Notes under the pieces: generated by a model
The model's input: the letters and a program-made list of their open reading frames with translations, nothing else
Databases searched by the model: none
Told to the model about the DNA's origin: nothing
Assembly: GCA_030390025.1 (NCBI GenBank)
Contig: CM059432.1
Span: 9,362,001 to 9,426,000, forward strand
Origin: Squalus acanthias
Lineage: Eukaryota
Reading direction: 5' to 3'
Length of the DNA: 64,000 nt
Shown here: positions 62,843 through 64,000 of the stretch, one piece after another
Layout of the letters: each line of letters begins with the position of its first letter
How positions within the stretch are numbered: the stretch's first letter is position 1
Position numbers and translations under genes: made by a program

Positions 62843-62939
62843 CAGTTTCAACTGGAATGATATGTCAGCAAAGAATAGAAGGAGGCTCGTGTGGAGTATA
62901 AACACCAGCACAGATTTTAGTTGGGCCAAATGGCCAAAC

Positions 62940-63998
62940 GCTCCACTGGCTGGAGTCATACCTAGCACAAAGGAAGATGGTTGTGGTGGTTGAAGGTCAA
63001 TCATCAAAGCCCCAGGATATCGCTGCAGGAGTTTGTCAGGGGAGTGTCCTAGGCCCAACCATCTTCAGCTGCTTCATCAATGACCTTCCCTCCAACATAA
63101 GGTCAGAAATGGGGATGTTCGCTGATGACTGCACTGTGTTCAGTGCTATTCACAACTCCTCAGATAATGAAGCAGTCCATGCCCGCATGCAACAAGACCT
63201 GGACGACGTTCAGGCTTGGGCTGATAAGTGGCAGGTAACATTCGCGCCACAGAAGTGCCAGGCAATGACTATCTCCAACAAGCGAGAGTCTAACCACAGC
63301 CCCTTGACATTCAACGGCACTAGCATCGCCGAATCCCCCACCACCAACATCCTGGGGGTTACCATTGGCCAGAAACTTAACTGGACCAGCCACATAAATA
63401 CTATGACAACAAGAGCAGGTCAGAGGCTAGGTATTCTGTGGCGAGTGTCTCACCTCCTGACTCCCCAAAGCCTTTCTACAAGGCACAAGTCAGGAGTGTG
63501 ATGGTATACTCTCCACTTGCCTGGATGAGTGCAGCTCCAACAACACTCAAGAAGCTCGACACCATCCAGGTCAAAGCAGCTTGCTTGATTAGCACCCCAT
63601 CCACCACCTCAAACATTCACTCCCTCCACCATCGGCGTACCATGGCTGCAGTGTGTACCATCTACAAGATGCACTGCAGCAACTCGCCAAGGTTTCTTCG
63701 GCAGCACCTCCCAAACCCGCAACCTCTTCCACCTAGAAGCACAAGGGCAGCAGACGCATGGGAACATCACCACCTCCAAGTTCCCCTTCAAGTCACACAC
63801 CATCCTGACTTGGAAATATATCCTTCATCGTCGCTGGGTCAAAATCCTGGAACTCCCTCCCTAACAGCACTGTGGGAGTACCTTCACCACACGGACTGCA
63901 GTGGTTCAAGAAGGTGGCTCACCACCACCTTCTCAAAGGCAATTAGGGATGGGCAATAAATGCTGGCTTTGCCAGCGACGCCCACATCCCATAAAAAC
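62940..63998 (+). mobile_element. CR1/L2-group LINE, RT to 3' end
   Basis: QGSVLGPTIFSCFINDLP, FADD; same family as 2746-3922/9482-9790. Confidence 0.88.
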
Positions 63999-64000
63999 AA

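Noticed and set aside
1..64000. CRISPR arrays, prokaryotic operons, rRNA
   Set aside because: No regularly spaced repeat-spacer structure or rRNA-like sequence; the content is vertebrate repeat DNA

Overview
Repeat-saturated eukaryotic non-coding DNA, very probably from a shark or other cartilaginous fish, judged from its HE1-like V-SINE, DeuSINE, CR1, L2 and Penelope repertoire. No convincing host protein-coding exon was found. The centrepiece is an apparently intact autonomous PIF/Harbinger DNA transposon (about 4988-9149). It carries an uninterrupted DDE transposase (+ strand, 386 aa) and a convergent three-exon Myb/SANT-like gene (- strand, 458 aa) that the ORF track misses because of splicing. 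It sits inside a roughly 1.4-kb solo LTR with foamy-virus-like organisation, which in turn sits inside a LINE. The window also holds its internally deleted derivatives and related MITEs sharing a TTAGCGCC subterminal motif, plus relics of two other Harbingers. Other contents are two near-full-length decayed CR1 LINEs with esterase ORF1, linked by an apparent 4.8-kb inversion, Penelope-like ends carrying minimal hammerhead ribozyme motifs, a locally templated inverted duplication, and many SINE/LINE fragments. Repeat boundaries were read by eye and are approximate. Family names come from recognition, not database searches.
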